38,105 nt of DNA from Ferrovibrio sp. Its GTDB lineage: Bacteria; Pseudomonadota; Alphaproteobacteria; Ferrovibrionales; Ferrovibrionaceae. The DNA lies in assembly GCA_041914045.1 (NCBI GenBank), contig JAYSEE010000001.1:7561-45665 (forward strand), in the 5' to 3' direction. The notes below the pieces were generated by a model that worked only from the letters and a program-made list of their open reading frames with translations, was not told where the DNA came from and did no database searches. This document shows, in pieces, positions 11,293-20,149 of the stretch. A program made the translations under genes and the position numbers. Position 1 is the stretch's first letter, and the number at the start of each line of letters is the position of its first letter.

Positions 11293-12405
11293 ATGACAGA
11301 TAAAAATAAGACGGGCAGCATCGACATCACGGGTGTGGGGAAATATTACGGCAATACCGAAGTACTGAAGAATGTATCGCTGCGGATCGAGCCGGGCAGC
11401 TTCGTTACGCTGCTTGGGCCATCCGGCTGCGGCAAGACCACATTGCTGCGTCTGCTTGCCGGCTTCATCGAGCCCAACAGCGGTGAAATCCGCATCAATG
11501 GCAAGCCCACCGCCGGCGTTGCGCCGCAAGATCGGCCGATCGGCATGGTGTTTCAGAATCTGGCATTGTTTCCGCATTTGCCGGTCTTCGAGAATGTCGC
11601 CTACGGCTTGAGATTGCGGCGGCGGCCCGCCGGTGAAATTCAGGAGCGCGTGGCGCGGTTTCTCGATCTGGTCGGATTGCGCGGATTCGAAGAGCGGCGG
11701 ATCAACCAATTATCCGGCGGCCAGAAGCAGCGCGTGGCATTGGCGCGTTCGCTTGTGCTGGAACCTTCGATCCTGTTGCTCGACGAACCGCTCAGCGCGC
11801 TCGATCTGCAACTCAAGAAGCAGCTGCAATACGAGCTCAAGCGCATCCAAAAAAGCCTGGATACTACCTTCATCTATGTGACTCACGATCAGGAAGAGGC
11901 CACGGTGATGTCGGATACCATCGTGGTGATGAATAAGGGCGAGGTTCAGCAGGTTGGCGCACCGCGGCAGATATACGAGACGCCCAGCAACTTTTTCGTT
12001 TCCCGCTTCATCGGCGATATAAATGCGCTGGAAGGCAGCATCGCCGGCGTGACGGCAGATCACGCTGAAATTCAGAGCCCCGCCGGCCTGATTCGTTTGC
12101 CCGCCAGGCAATTGGCCGATGCGAAACTTGAAACCGGCATGGATTGCATGATCTGCTTCCGTTTGGAGGATGTTGCCGTAAGTTCGCGAAATGGCGCAGC
12201 GGAATATGCCGTAAACCTGCCGGGGCAAGTGCTGGATGTATTGCCTTTGGGGGCGGTGGCGCGGGTCAGCCTATCGGTCGGACAGGCTTCGGTTACATCC
12301 TTGATGATGACCCATGATCTGGACGGCAATCTTGTGCGGCCAGGACAGGCATGCCAATTGGCCATAGCGCGGGAGAAGATTCGGATATTTGCGGGGCGGG
12401 CCTGA
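11293..12405 (+). CDS. ABC transporter ATP-binding protein (PotA-like)
   Basis: Walker A GPSGCGKT, signature LSGGQ, LLLDEP and VTHDQEEA; C-terminal TOBE-like region. Confidence 0.95.
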   Translation: MTDKNKTGSIDITGVGKYYGNTEVLKNVSLRIEPGSFVTLLGPSGCGKTTLLRLLAGFIEPNSGEIRINGKPTAGVAPQDRPIGMVFQNLALFPHLPVFENVAYGLRLRRRPAGEIQERVARFLDLVGLRGFEERRINQLSGGQKQRVALARSLVLEPSILLLDEPLSALDLQLKKQLQYELKRIQKSLDTTFIYVTHDQEEATVMSDTIVVMNKGEVQQVGAPRQIYETPSNFFVSRFIGDINALEGSIAGVTADHAEIQSPAGLIRLPARQLADAKLETGMDCMICFRLEDVAVSSRNGAAEYAVNLPGQVLDVLPLGAVARVSLSVGQASVTSLMMTHDLDGNLVRPGQACQLAIAREKIRIFAGRA

Positions 12406-12407
12406 TC

Positions 12408-13847
12408 ATGGCGGAGGTTGCGTACGGCCTAGCCGGACAGCCGATTGCAAAAATCCGGCAGGGATTGTCGAGCCGTAAATTTTCAGCGCGCGAAATGGCG
12501 CAGGAGCTGCTGGCTCGAATAAAGCGGTTTCAGGTTTACAACGCTTTTGCGCATGTGGATGAGGCGCGCGCCCTTGCCAACGCGGAGGCGGCCGACGCCG
12601 CTTTGGCCGCGGGCAATGCGCTGCCGCTGACCGGCATTCCGGTATCGGTGAAGGATTTGCTGAATGTCGCCGGCATGCCGACGGCCTTCGGCTCCAAGCT
12701 AATGGCAAACAATATGCCGTCGGCCGATTCAGCCTGCGTAACGCTGATCCGCGGCGCCGGCGCGAATATCTATGGAAAGACGACAACGCCGGAATTCGGG
12801 CACAAAATTCTCACCGATAGCCCGCTCCATGGCCGCACGGCCAATCCTTGGAGCCTGCGGCATTCCTGCGGCGGTTCCAGCGGCGGCGCCGCCGTGGCTA
12901 TCGCGCTTGGCCTTGGGCCGATTGCGCTCACCACCGATGGCGCCGGATCCAGCCGCATTCCGGCTGGCGTTTGCGGCATCTACGGTTTGAAGCCGACGCT
13001 TGGCCGAGTGCCGAATTTCCCCACCTCGGATTCCTTCAACCTGATGGTCTATAACGGCATTATGGCCCGCCATCCGGAAGACTTGGGTATTGGTCTGGCC
13101 GTTATGAGCCATTCTCATCCGAGCGACCCCTGGAGCCGCTTCTTTCCGCCTTTGCAGCAGCGGGATGCGGGCGAAACCAGCGTTGCGGGAAAACGCTTTC
13201 TGCTGATTCGGCGATACTCCAACCGATATCTGGATCCGCAAGTCGAGGCAGCCCTGCTGGATTGCGCGGGCAAGTTGGAGGCTGCCGGCGCGATCATCGA
13301 GGAATTCGACGGCGGCAATTTCGATTGGGACCTTGATGTGGCGCGTCGGTTGCTGCGCGTCAACCAATCCTCCCGCTATGCCAATGCGCTGCGCGACCAC
13401 AAAGCCGATCTCGACCCGTCTTTTGTGCGCGTGGTGGAGGAGGCCGGTCAAATCGAAATCACTACCGTCGGTTCTGATCTGCTGGCGCGCACGCAGCTTT
13501 ATAATCGCGTGGAAGCATTGTTCCAGCGTGCCGACTATTTGCTGATGCCGACGACCGCGGCTACGGCTTTGCCGATCGAGCAGAATCAGTTCGATCCATT
13601 GCTGGTGGATGGACAGCCGGTGGGCAGTCTGCGCGACGAGTGGTATCCCTACACGATCCCTTACAATCTTACGGGCCATCCGGCGCTGAGCATGCCGCAT
13701 GGCCTGCACAGCAATGGATTGCCAATCGGCCTGCATGTCGTTGGCCGCTGGGCCGATGAAAACGGCCTGATCGACGTTGCGTGCGCGATGGATAAATTTA
13801 CCAGCGCCTCATCGCTGGTTCCGCCGCCGCTGCGCGGGGAGGAATAG
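12408..13847 (+). CDS. Amidase-signature family amidase
   Basis: Ser-cisSer-Lys motifs VKD, GGSSGG and DGAGSSRIP; C-terminal NLTGHPALSMP and GLPIG. Confidence 0.92.
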   Translation: MAEVAYGLAGQPIAKIRQGLSSRKFSAREMAQELLARIKRFQVYNAFAHVDEARALANAEAADAALAAGNALPLTGIPVSVKDLLNVAGMPTAFGSKLMANNMPSADSACVTLIRGAGANIYGKTTTPEFGHKILTDSPLHGRTANPWSLRHSCGGSSGGAAVAIALGLGPIALTTDGAGSSRIPAGVCGIYGLKPTLGRVPNFPTSDSFNLMVYNGIMARHPEDLGIGLAVMSHSHPSDPWSRFFPPLQQRDAGETSVAGKRFLLIRRYSNRYLDPQVEAALLDCAGKLEAAGAIIEEFDGGNFDWDLDVARRLLRVNQSSRYANALRDHKADLDPSFVRVVEEAGQIEITTVGSDLLARTQLYNRVEALFQRADYLLMPTTAATALPIEQNQFDPLLVDGQPVGSLRDEWYPYTIPYNLTGHPALSMPHGLHSNGLPIGLHVVGRWADENGLIDVACAMDKFTSASSLVPPPLRGEE

Positions 13848-13849
13848 GC

Positions 13850-14689
13850 ATGAATGCTTTCAGAAGCCTGGGGGGATGGAAAATCCTCATGCTGCTGCCG
13901 GTGGCGATTCTGCTGGCCACTTTCGTGATTTCAGTGCTGCAACTATTCGGCGCCGCCTTGATCGACCATGACGGCATATCGCTGAAGTATTTCCGGCAGA
14001 TACTGGATCGACCGGATTATCAGGTTGCTTTCATGCGCACGCTGATTACCGCGATTGTCGTGTCGCTGCTCTCGGTGATTCTGGGTTATCCGATCGCGCT
14101 GCTGTTGTGGCGCGCGGGCAGTTGGCGCAACAGCCTGATGATCGTGGTGTTGGTGCCATGGCTGGTCAGCCTCGTGGTTCGCACCTATGGCTGGATGGTG
14201 GTGCTGGGCCCGAAGGGCTTCATCAACGAAGTGCTTGCCTGGGCCGGACTGATCGACGCGCCGCTCAAGCTTATGTTCAACGATCTTGGCGTGGTGATTG
14301 GGCTTACTCATGTGCTGGTGCCGTTCGCCGTGATCTCCACTTTATCCGCATTGCTGCAGATCGACCCCAATCTCGAGGAAGCCAGCCGAGTGCTGGGCGG
14401 CAATCGGTTTCAGACTTTCCGACGCGTCGTATTGCCGTTGTCGTTTCCAGGCGTCTTCACCAGCATCATCGTTATTTTTCTGGCGACCATGGGCGCGATT
14501 GTCACGCCGATCCTGCTTGGCGGCATCAGGCAGCATTTTGCCGGAACGCAAATCTACCAAGAGGTTGTTTACAATTTCAATCTCAATAAGGCCTCCGCGT
14601 GGTCGATCAGCCTGCTGACGCTCAGTCTGGGCGTTCTGATACTGATAAAGATGGTTGAGCGTCGGGTCCTGAAAGGGCAGGAGAGTTGA
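13850..14689 (+). CDS. ABC transporter permease (PotB-like)
   Basis: Multiple TM helices, VRTYGW and the EAA loop LEEASRVLGG; GAGGA RBS. Confidence 0.92.
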   Translation: MNAFRSLGGWKILMLLPVAILLATFVISVLQLFGAALIDHDGISLKYFRQILDRPDYQVAFMRTLITAIVVSLLSVILGYPIALLLWRAGSWRNSLMIVVLVPWLVSLVVRTYGWMVVLGPKGFINEVLAWAGLIDAPLKLMFNDLGVVIGLTHVLVPFAVISTLSALLQIDPNLEEASRVLGGNRFQTFRRVVLPLSFPGVFTSIIVIFLATMGAIVTPILLGGIRQHFAGTQIYQEVVYNFNLNKASAWSISLLTLSLGVLILIKMVERRVLKGQES

Positions 14690-15489
14690 TCATGCGAAAA
14701 TTGCATCCGTTCACCCGTCAGCTCGGGATCGCCCTGCTGTTGTTCCTGCCGGCACCGATCCTGATCGTGGTCGGCGCTTCCTTCACCTCGGCCGGCTATA
14801 TCCAATTTCCCCCGGAAGGCGTGAGCCTGCGCTGGTATGTCGAGGCGGTTTCCGATCCGAGATGGCCGGCGGCCTTCTTCACCAGTCTGTGGATCGCGGC
14901 TGCCACCGCGATGGCGATTACGGCGATCAGTTTCCTGACGGCGTTCTATTGCATACGGTACGTGCCGAAAATGGCCAATATGCTGGAAACCGTAATATTT
15001 TCTCCGCTTTTCTTTCCTCATGCGGCGCTCGGCGTTGCCATGGTTGCGGTGATGGCGAGCTTGGGCTTGTTGGGCACCGGATTGGGCATTGTGCTGGCGC
15101 ATTTGATTCTCACTCTGCCATTCGCCTATCGGCCGATCTTCATATCGTTGAAGAAGATAGATACCGAATTGCTCGAGGCGGCCAATGTGCTGGGCGCGGG
15201 AGAATGGCAGACGATCCGGGATGTGATCCTGCCGCTCAGCAAGTCAGGCATCGTCACGGCTTTATTGTTTTCCTTCATCATCTCATTCGATGAAGTGACG
15301 GTCAGCATGTTTCTGATCGGTCCGGACATCATCACGCTGCCGGTGCAGATTTACTCTTTCATTCAGGATAGCGCTTCGCCTGTTCTGGCGGCGATATCCA
15401 CCGGCACTGTTGTGGTGACTTTCCTTGTGGTTTTGCTGCTGGAGCGCACGGTGGGTTTGGAATTCTTCGTGGAGAAGGATTTCGCCTGA
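14686..15489 (+). CDS. ABC transporter permease (PotC-like)
   Basis: FPPEGVSLRWY, EAA loop LLEAANVLGA, SFDE and TLPVQIY. The start may be the ATG at 14692. Confidence 0.92.
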   Translation: MIMRKLHPFTRQLGIALLLFLPAPILIVVGASFTSAGYIQFPPEGVSLRWYVEAVSDPRWPAAFFTSLWIAAATAMAITAISFLTAFYCIRYVPKMANMLETVIFSPLFFPHAALGVAMVAVMASLGLLGTGLGIVLAHLILTLPFAYRPIFISLKKIDTELLEAANVLGAGEWQTIRDVILPLSKSGIVTALLFSFIISFDEVTVSMFLIGPDIITLPVQIYSFIQDSASPVLAAISTGTVVVTFLVVLLLERTVGLEFFVEKDFA

Positions 15490-15492
15490 GGG

Positions 15493-16428
15493 CTAGCGCA
15501 GCCGCGGCTTGTTCAGAGAGCGGCTGGCCTCGGCCAAGAAATCCTGCAATTTTTCCCGCATCAGATTCAGGAATTCTTCGGCGAGCAGAGAGGTTTCGCG
15601 ATAGCGCGGGCGCATCAGCCGAAAGGTATAGTAGATTTCCGGCTGGAATCTTTTCTGCACGATCGGCTGCCAGCGCGTGGCGGCGAAGGCGGTGAACGGA
15701 TCCACCAGCGCGACGCCTAGATTGTGAGCGACCATGGCGCAGGCTTCGGAGGATGAATAGACCTCGAAATTCAGCTGGCGATTGATGCCGCGCTGGTCGA
15801 AAACCGCATCCACCAGATGGCGCATGCGGCCATCCAGCGGAAACGACAGGAATTGCTCGCCAGCCAAATCCTTGGCACTTATCGAGGCTTGCGAGGCAAG
15901 CCTGTGGCGCTCAGGGACTATGCAAACGGCGGGGACTTCGCAAAGCAGTTCGGAAGCCACCGCTGGATGCTCGAAAGGCATCATCGAGAAGCCCAGATCG
16001 GCCTGCTGGTTCACGATGCGCTGATTGATGATGCTGGAACTGCGCACATGCGACACGATCTTCGCCTTCGAGTGCAGGGAAATGAACTGTCCGAGCACGG
16101 AAGGTAGGAAGCTGTCGCCGAAGGCCGGGCTGGAAATAATATGCAGCAGGCCGGCCGTGCGCGACCGGATATCCTTGGCGAAGGCCTCGATCTCGGAAAG
16201 GCCGGAGAATATGCGCGAGGCCTCGCCATAAAGCAGCAATGCCTCGTTATTCGGCACCAGGCGTTTGCGTTCGCGGGAGAACAGCGAAAACCCCACATCA
16301 TATTCCAGCGCGGTCAGCAATTTACTGACCGCCGGTTGAGAAAGCCGCAGGCGTTCGGCGGCGGCGGTGACCGAGCCGGTATCTATGAAGGCGCAGAAGG
16401 CTTGCAGTTGACGGTGGGAGAGGGGCAT
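15493..16428 (-). CDS. LysR-family transcriptional regulator (resembles the OccR/NocR/LysR subgroup)
   Basis: HTH GSVTAAAERLRLSQPAVSK plus a substrate-binding domain; divergent from the FAD oxidase operon. Confidence 0.93.
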   Translation of the reverse strand: MPLSHRQLQAFCAFIDTGSVTAAAERLRLSQPAVSKLLTALEYDVGFSLFSRERKRLVPNNEALLLYGEASRIFSGLSEIEAFAKDIRSRTAGLLHIISSPAFGDSFLPSVLGQFISLHSKAKIVSHVRSSSIINQRIVNQQADLGFSMMPFEHPAVASELLCEVPAVCIVPERHRLASQASISAKDLAGEQFLSFPLDGRMRHLVDAVFDQRGINRQLNFEVYSSSEACAMVAHNLGVALVDPFTAFAATRWQPIVQKRFQPEIYYTFRLMRPRYRETSLLAEEFLNLMREKLQDFLAEASRSLNKPRLR

Positions 16429-16455
16429 GGCGCCTGTATCTGGGCAAAAGGGGGC

Positions 16456-16499
16456 ACATAACAAATGGGAATGTTCATCCGCGCATTATGACTTTGATT
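16456..16499 (+). promoter_or_regulatory. LysR-type operator between lysR and the divergent oxidase gene
   Basis: ACATAACAAATGGGAATG (CAT..ATG dyad, T-N11-A)...TTATGACTTTGATT, in the classic autoregulatory position; homologous to the copies at 10066 and 9912. Confidence 0.75.
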
Positions 16500-16559
16500 T
16501 CAAGCGGCAATGCGCGGAAAGTCAGATTACATCGTTTGCTTTTGGCCTGGAATCAAAAA

Positions 16560-17891
16560 ATGAGTCGTTATAAGTCTTTCGATTTTCTGCATCCCTCCCA
16601 CAGCTTCGAACCCTATTGGTGGGAACGCTTTCGTCCCGTCGAGGTGGTTGCCAGCAATCTGCCGGGGCAGGTGGATGTAGCGATCATAGGCGGCGGTTAC
16701 GCCGGCCTTAGCGCGGCGCGCAGCTTGTCGGATTTCGGTTTTTCTTCCGTGGTTCTGGAGGCGGGCCTGTTCGGCGGCGGCGCCAGTACGCGCAGCGGCG
16801 GCGCCGTCAGCGCCGGCCTCAGCGTCGGCAAAAGCTTCACAGGCAAAAGCCTGAATTACAGTTCGGATGTAATCGGCCTTGTCGTGCAATGGGCGAAGGA
16901 TGCGTATCAGCATCTCGGCCGCCTCATCGAACAGGAAGGCATAGATTGCCATTACGAGCGGCGCGGCCGGTTTTTGGGGGCTTGCGCGGCTTCGCATTTC
17001 GAAGAATTGAAGCAGCGCCTGGAAAAGCTCGCGGCCAATGGATTCGTCGATTGCCGGCTCATTAGCCGCGAGGAGCAAAGCAGCGAAATCGGCACGCAAT
17101 ATTATCATGGCGGCATGGTTTTTCCCGAGGCCGGCAAATTGCATCCGGCGTTGTTCTACGGCGGTTTGCTGAATGCCTGCCGCAAACGCAACAGCATCGT
17201 GCTCAGCGGAAACAACCGTGCGCTTGGATTGCAGAAACGCGGCGATGATTGGTTGCTGCAGAGCGAACAGGGCGTCTTGCGGGCGCGGCATGTCATTATC
17301 GCCACCAATGGCTACACCGATGGGCTGGTGCCGCGTTTGCGCCGGCGGCTCTTGCCGGTGGTGAGCAATATGATCGCGACCGAGGAATTGCCGCCGGATG
17401 TGACGAGGCGCTTTTCGCCCAATGGCCGAACCATTTCGGAAACGCGACGGCTGCTGCACTATTATCGTGTTTCGCCCGATGGCAAGCGGATATTGTTCGG
17501 CGGCCGCACGCGTTTCCGCCATGTGCCGCAGGAGGAGCATGCGCGTATTCTGCATGCCGAATTGTTGCGGCGATTTCCGGATCTGGATGGCGTTCGCGTT
17601 ACGCATGCATGGCAGGGGAATGTGGCTTTCACGTTCGATTCGCTGCCGCATGCCGGCGAAACCGATGGCATTCACTTCGCCGTCGGCTGCAATGGCAGCG
17701 GGGTGTCGATGATGCCGTTTCTCGGCAGCATGCTGGCAAACCGCATCGCCAACCGGCTGGCGGGCAATTTGCCATTCGAGGCTCTGCCCATGCGCGCTTT
17801 CCCGCTGTATAACGGCCAACCCTGGTTTCTGCCGGCGGCGGAAGGGTATTTCCGGATGCGTGACTATATGGATGAATCGGCGAAAGCATGA
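16560..17891 (+). CDS. FAD-dependent oxidoreductase (DAO family, PuuB/gamma-glutamylputrescine oxidase-like)
   Basis: IIGGGYAG, GASTRSGG, LHPA, ATNGYT and GCNGSGV. Start set at MSRYK because the longer ORF start lies inside the operator. Confidence 0.85.
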   Translation: MSRYKSFDFLHPSHSFEPYWWERFRPVEVVASNLPGQVDVAIIGGGYAGLSAARSLSDFGFSSVVLEAGLFGGGASTRSGGAVSAGLSVGKSFTGKSLNYSSDVIGLVVQWAKDAYQHLGRLIEQEGIDCHYERRGRFLGACAASHFEELKQRLEKLAANGFVDCRLISREEQSSEIGTQYYHGGMVFPEAGKLHPALFYGGLLNACRKRNSIVLSGNNRALGLQKRGDDWLLQSEQGVLRARHVIIATNGYTDGLVPRLRRRLLPVVSNMIATEELPPDVTRRFSPNGRTISETRRLLHYYRVSPDGKRILFGGRTRFRHVPQEEHARILHAELLRRFPDLDGVRVTHAWQGNVAFTFDSLPHAGETDGIHFAVGCNGSGVSMMPFLGSMLANRIANRLAGNLPFEALPMRAFPLYNGQPWFLPAAEGYFRMRDYMDESAKA

Positions 17892-19216
17892 GCGGCGACA
17901 CATTCGAGGCCGGTATAGATGAGGCGTTGCGCCTGTTGCGCAATCGCTTTGCTCAGGCCAATCCGAATAGCGCGGCGGCGCGGCGAAGGGCGGCTGAGGC
18001 ATTGCCGGGCGGCAATACCCGCTCGGTGCTGCATTTCGAACCCTTCCCGCTCAGCATGGCGCATGGCCGCGGCGCGCGGCTGACGGATGTGGATGGACAC
18101 GAATATCTGGATTGCGTGGGAGAGTTCTCCGCAGGCCTCTACGGCCATGACGAGCCGCGTATTCTGCAGGCCATACGCGACGTTTTGGATCGAGGCATGG
18201 TGCTTGCGGCCCCTACCGACCTGGAGGCGCGACTGGCCTTATTGCTGCAAGGCCGTTTCCCGGCTTTGGAGCGCCTGCGCTTCTGCAATTCGGGTACGGA
18301 AGCAAATCTTTTCGCTTTGAGCACGGCAATTGCGGTCACCGGTCGCCGCAAGATCATGGTTTTCCGGCATGCGTATCATGGCGGCGTTCTGGTCTTCGGC
18401 GACGCCGCTTTGCCGATGAATGTGCCGTATGATTTCGTGATGGCGGATTATAATGACGCAGAAGGCGCGGCGGCGCTGATCGAAGCCCATGCCGATGCGC
18501 TTGCCGCCGTAATCGTTGAGCCGATTCTGGGGGCTGGGGGCAATATTCCCGCCGCGCCCGCATTTCTAACAGCGTTGCGGAATGCCACGGAAAAGACCGG
18601 CGCAATGCTGATCTTCGACGAGGTGAAAACGTCGCGCATCGGCAACGGCGGAATGCAAAAGCTGTTTGGCATCGAGCCTGATATGATGACTCTCGGCAAG
18701 TATATCGGCGGTGGATTGCCTTGCGGCGTTTTCGGCGGCCGGGCGGACATCATGGATCGCTTCGATCCTTCGCGCGCCGATGCTTTGAAGCATGCGGGCA
18801 CGTTCAACAACAACGTCTGCACGATGGCGGCCGGCATTGCGGGTTTGCGGCAGGTGTTTACCGTGGAGCGCGCGGAGGAGTTCTTCGCCCAAAGCGAGAC
18901 GTTCCGACGCGATATGAATGCTGAATTCGCCAAGCGCGCTCTGCCGATGCAATGCGTCGGCCTGGGTTCGATGTTCAGCCTGCATTTCAGCGGCAAGAAG
19001 ATTGAAAAGCCTACCGATATTCCAAAAGCCAGCCGAGCGCTCGGCCAATTGTTTCACATGCATTGCCTGCTGAACGGGATGTTGGTTTGCGCCAGGGGAG
19101 ATTTGTTCCTTTCGTTGCCGATGGATGCGGCGGATTTCGCTGAGATTCGCAAGCAAATGCTTGCCTTCGCGAACGAATACCCGGATTTGCTTGCCTCGGC
19201 TGGAGCCGCCTGCTGA
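17888..19216 (+). CDS. Class III PLP aminotransferase, beta-amino-acid (beta-phenylalanine) transaminase-like
   Basis: PGGNTRSVL, NSGTEAN, YHGGVL, FDEVKTSR, LGKYIGGG and GTFNNN; ATGA overlap with the oxidase gene. Confidence 0.85.
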   Translation: MSGDTFEAGIDEALRLLRNRFAQANPNSAAARRRAAEALPGGNTRSVLHFEPFPLSMAHGRGARLTDVDGHEYLDCVGEFSAGLYGHDEPRILQAIRDVLDRGMVLAAPTDLEARLALLLQGRFPALERLRFCNSGTEANLFALSTAIAVTGRRKIMVFRHAYHGGVLVFGDAALPMNVPYDFVMADYNDAEGAAALIEAHADALAAVIVEPILGAGGNIPAAPAFLTALRNATEKTGAMLIFDEVKTSRIGNGGMQKLFGIEPDMMTLGKYIGGGLPCGVFGGRADIMDRFDPSRADALKHAGTFNNNVCTMAAGIAGLRQVFTVERAEEFFAQSETFRRDMNAEFAKRALPMQCVGLGSMFSLHFSGKKIEKPTDIPKASRALGQLFHMHCLLNGMLVCARGDLFLSLPMDAADFAEIRKQMLAFANEYPDLLASAGAAC

Positions 19217-19318
19217 GCTTCGGAGATGATGCCCGGCCCAGCCCCGCCCTGTTTACGGGGCACGGCTTGCTTGAAGCATTGTGCCCGGAAAGCGAGGATG
19301 CAATACTGCACGCTAAAG

Positions 19319-19332
19319 ACCGACGTGTCGGT
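19319..19332. promoter_or_regulatory. TetR-type operator (perfect 6-bp inverted repeat)
   Basis: ACCGAC-GT-GTCGGT with AT-rich flanks, just downstream of a candidate TTGTGC-N17-AATACT promoter. Confidence 0.75.
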
Positions 19333-19387
19333 TTATAAGTTCTGCTAGCAGGGCCGGTTGCCCGGCAGGCGGGCGACGAGGCGCGAC

Positions 19388-20140
19388 ATGAAGACATTGA
19401 TCGTCTTTGCCCATCCCGAGCCGCATTCCTTCGGCCGCGCGCTGCTTGATCGCGGGGTTTCGGCGCTGCTTGCCAGCGGACATGAGGTGCGGGTTTCCGA
19501 TCTCTATGCGATGAAATTCAATCCGGTGGCTTCCGGCGAGGATTTTACCGCCCGCCGCTTCCCCGATGCTTTGCAGTATGACCGCGAGCAGAAGCAAGCC
19601 TCGCAAAAGCAGGGCTTCTCGCCCGACATCCAGGCGGAAATCGACAAGCTGCTCTGGTGCGATCTGCTGATCCTGCAATTTCCCCTATGGTGGTTCTCGG
19701 TGCCGGCGATCCTGAAGGGCTGGATCGACCGGGTCTTCGCCAATGGCACCGTCTATGGCAGCGGCGGAATGCGCTTCGACAATGGCGGCCTCAAGGGACG
19801 CCGGGCCATGCTCGCCATGACCACGGGTTGCCAGGCCGAGATGGTCGAGCCCGATGGGCTGCTAGGGGCGCGGGATGTGATCCTCTGGCATTTGAACTAC
19901 GGCACCTTCGGCTATAGCGGGCTGGAGGCGCTGCCGCCCTTCATGGCTTGGTCGATCCATTACACGGATGCGGCGCAGCGCGCGGCCTATCTGGATGCCT
20001 ATGAGCAAAGATTGCGGCGGATCGAGAGCCTTGCGCCGCTGCCGATGCATCGCCTGGAGGAATTCGGCAAGGATTGGCGGCTCAAGCCTGACGTGGTTCC
20101 GCGCACCGCCGGGCATTGGCGGCCGCGCGCCAGACCGTAG
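19388..20140 (+). CDS. NAD(P)H:quinone oxidoreductase (flavodoxin-2/MdaB-NQO family)
   Basis: AHPEPHSF, SDLYAMKFNP and QFPLWWFSVPAILKGWIDRVF; GAGG RBS. Confidence 0.92.
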   Translation: MKTLIVFAHPEPHSFGRALLDRGVSALLASGHEVRVSDLYAMKFNPVASGEDFTARRFPDALQYDREQKQASQKQGFSPDIQAEIDKLLWCDLLILQFPLWWFSVPAILKGWIDRVFANGTVYGSGGMRFDNGGLKGRRAMLAMTTGCQAEMVEPDGLLGARDVILWHLNYGTFGYSGLEALPPFMAWSIHYTDAAQRAAYLDAYEQRLRRIESLAPLPMHRLEEFGKDWRLKPDVVPRTAGHWRPRARP

Positions 20141-20149
20141 GGCGCGGGC

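Noticed and set aside
12408-13847. Glu-tRNA amidotransferase subunit gatA
   Set aside because: No gatB or gatC nearby, and the context is a catabolic transporter operon.
17888-19216. Glutamate-1-semialdehyde aminomutase (hemL)
   Set aside because: It lacks the HemL GGVNSPVR-type N-terminal motif and fits beta-amino-acid transaminases better; no heme-synthesis context.
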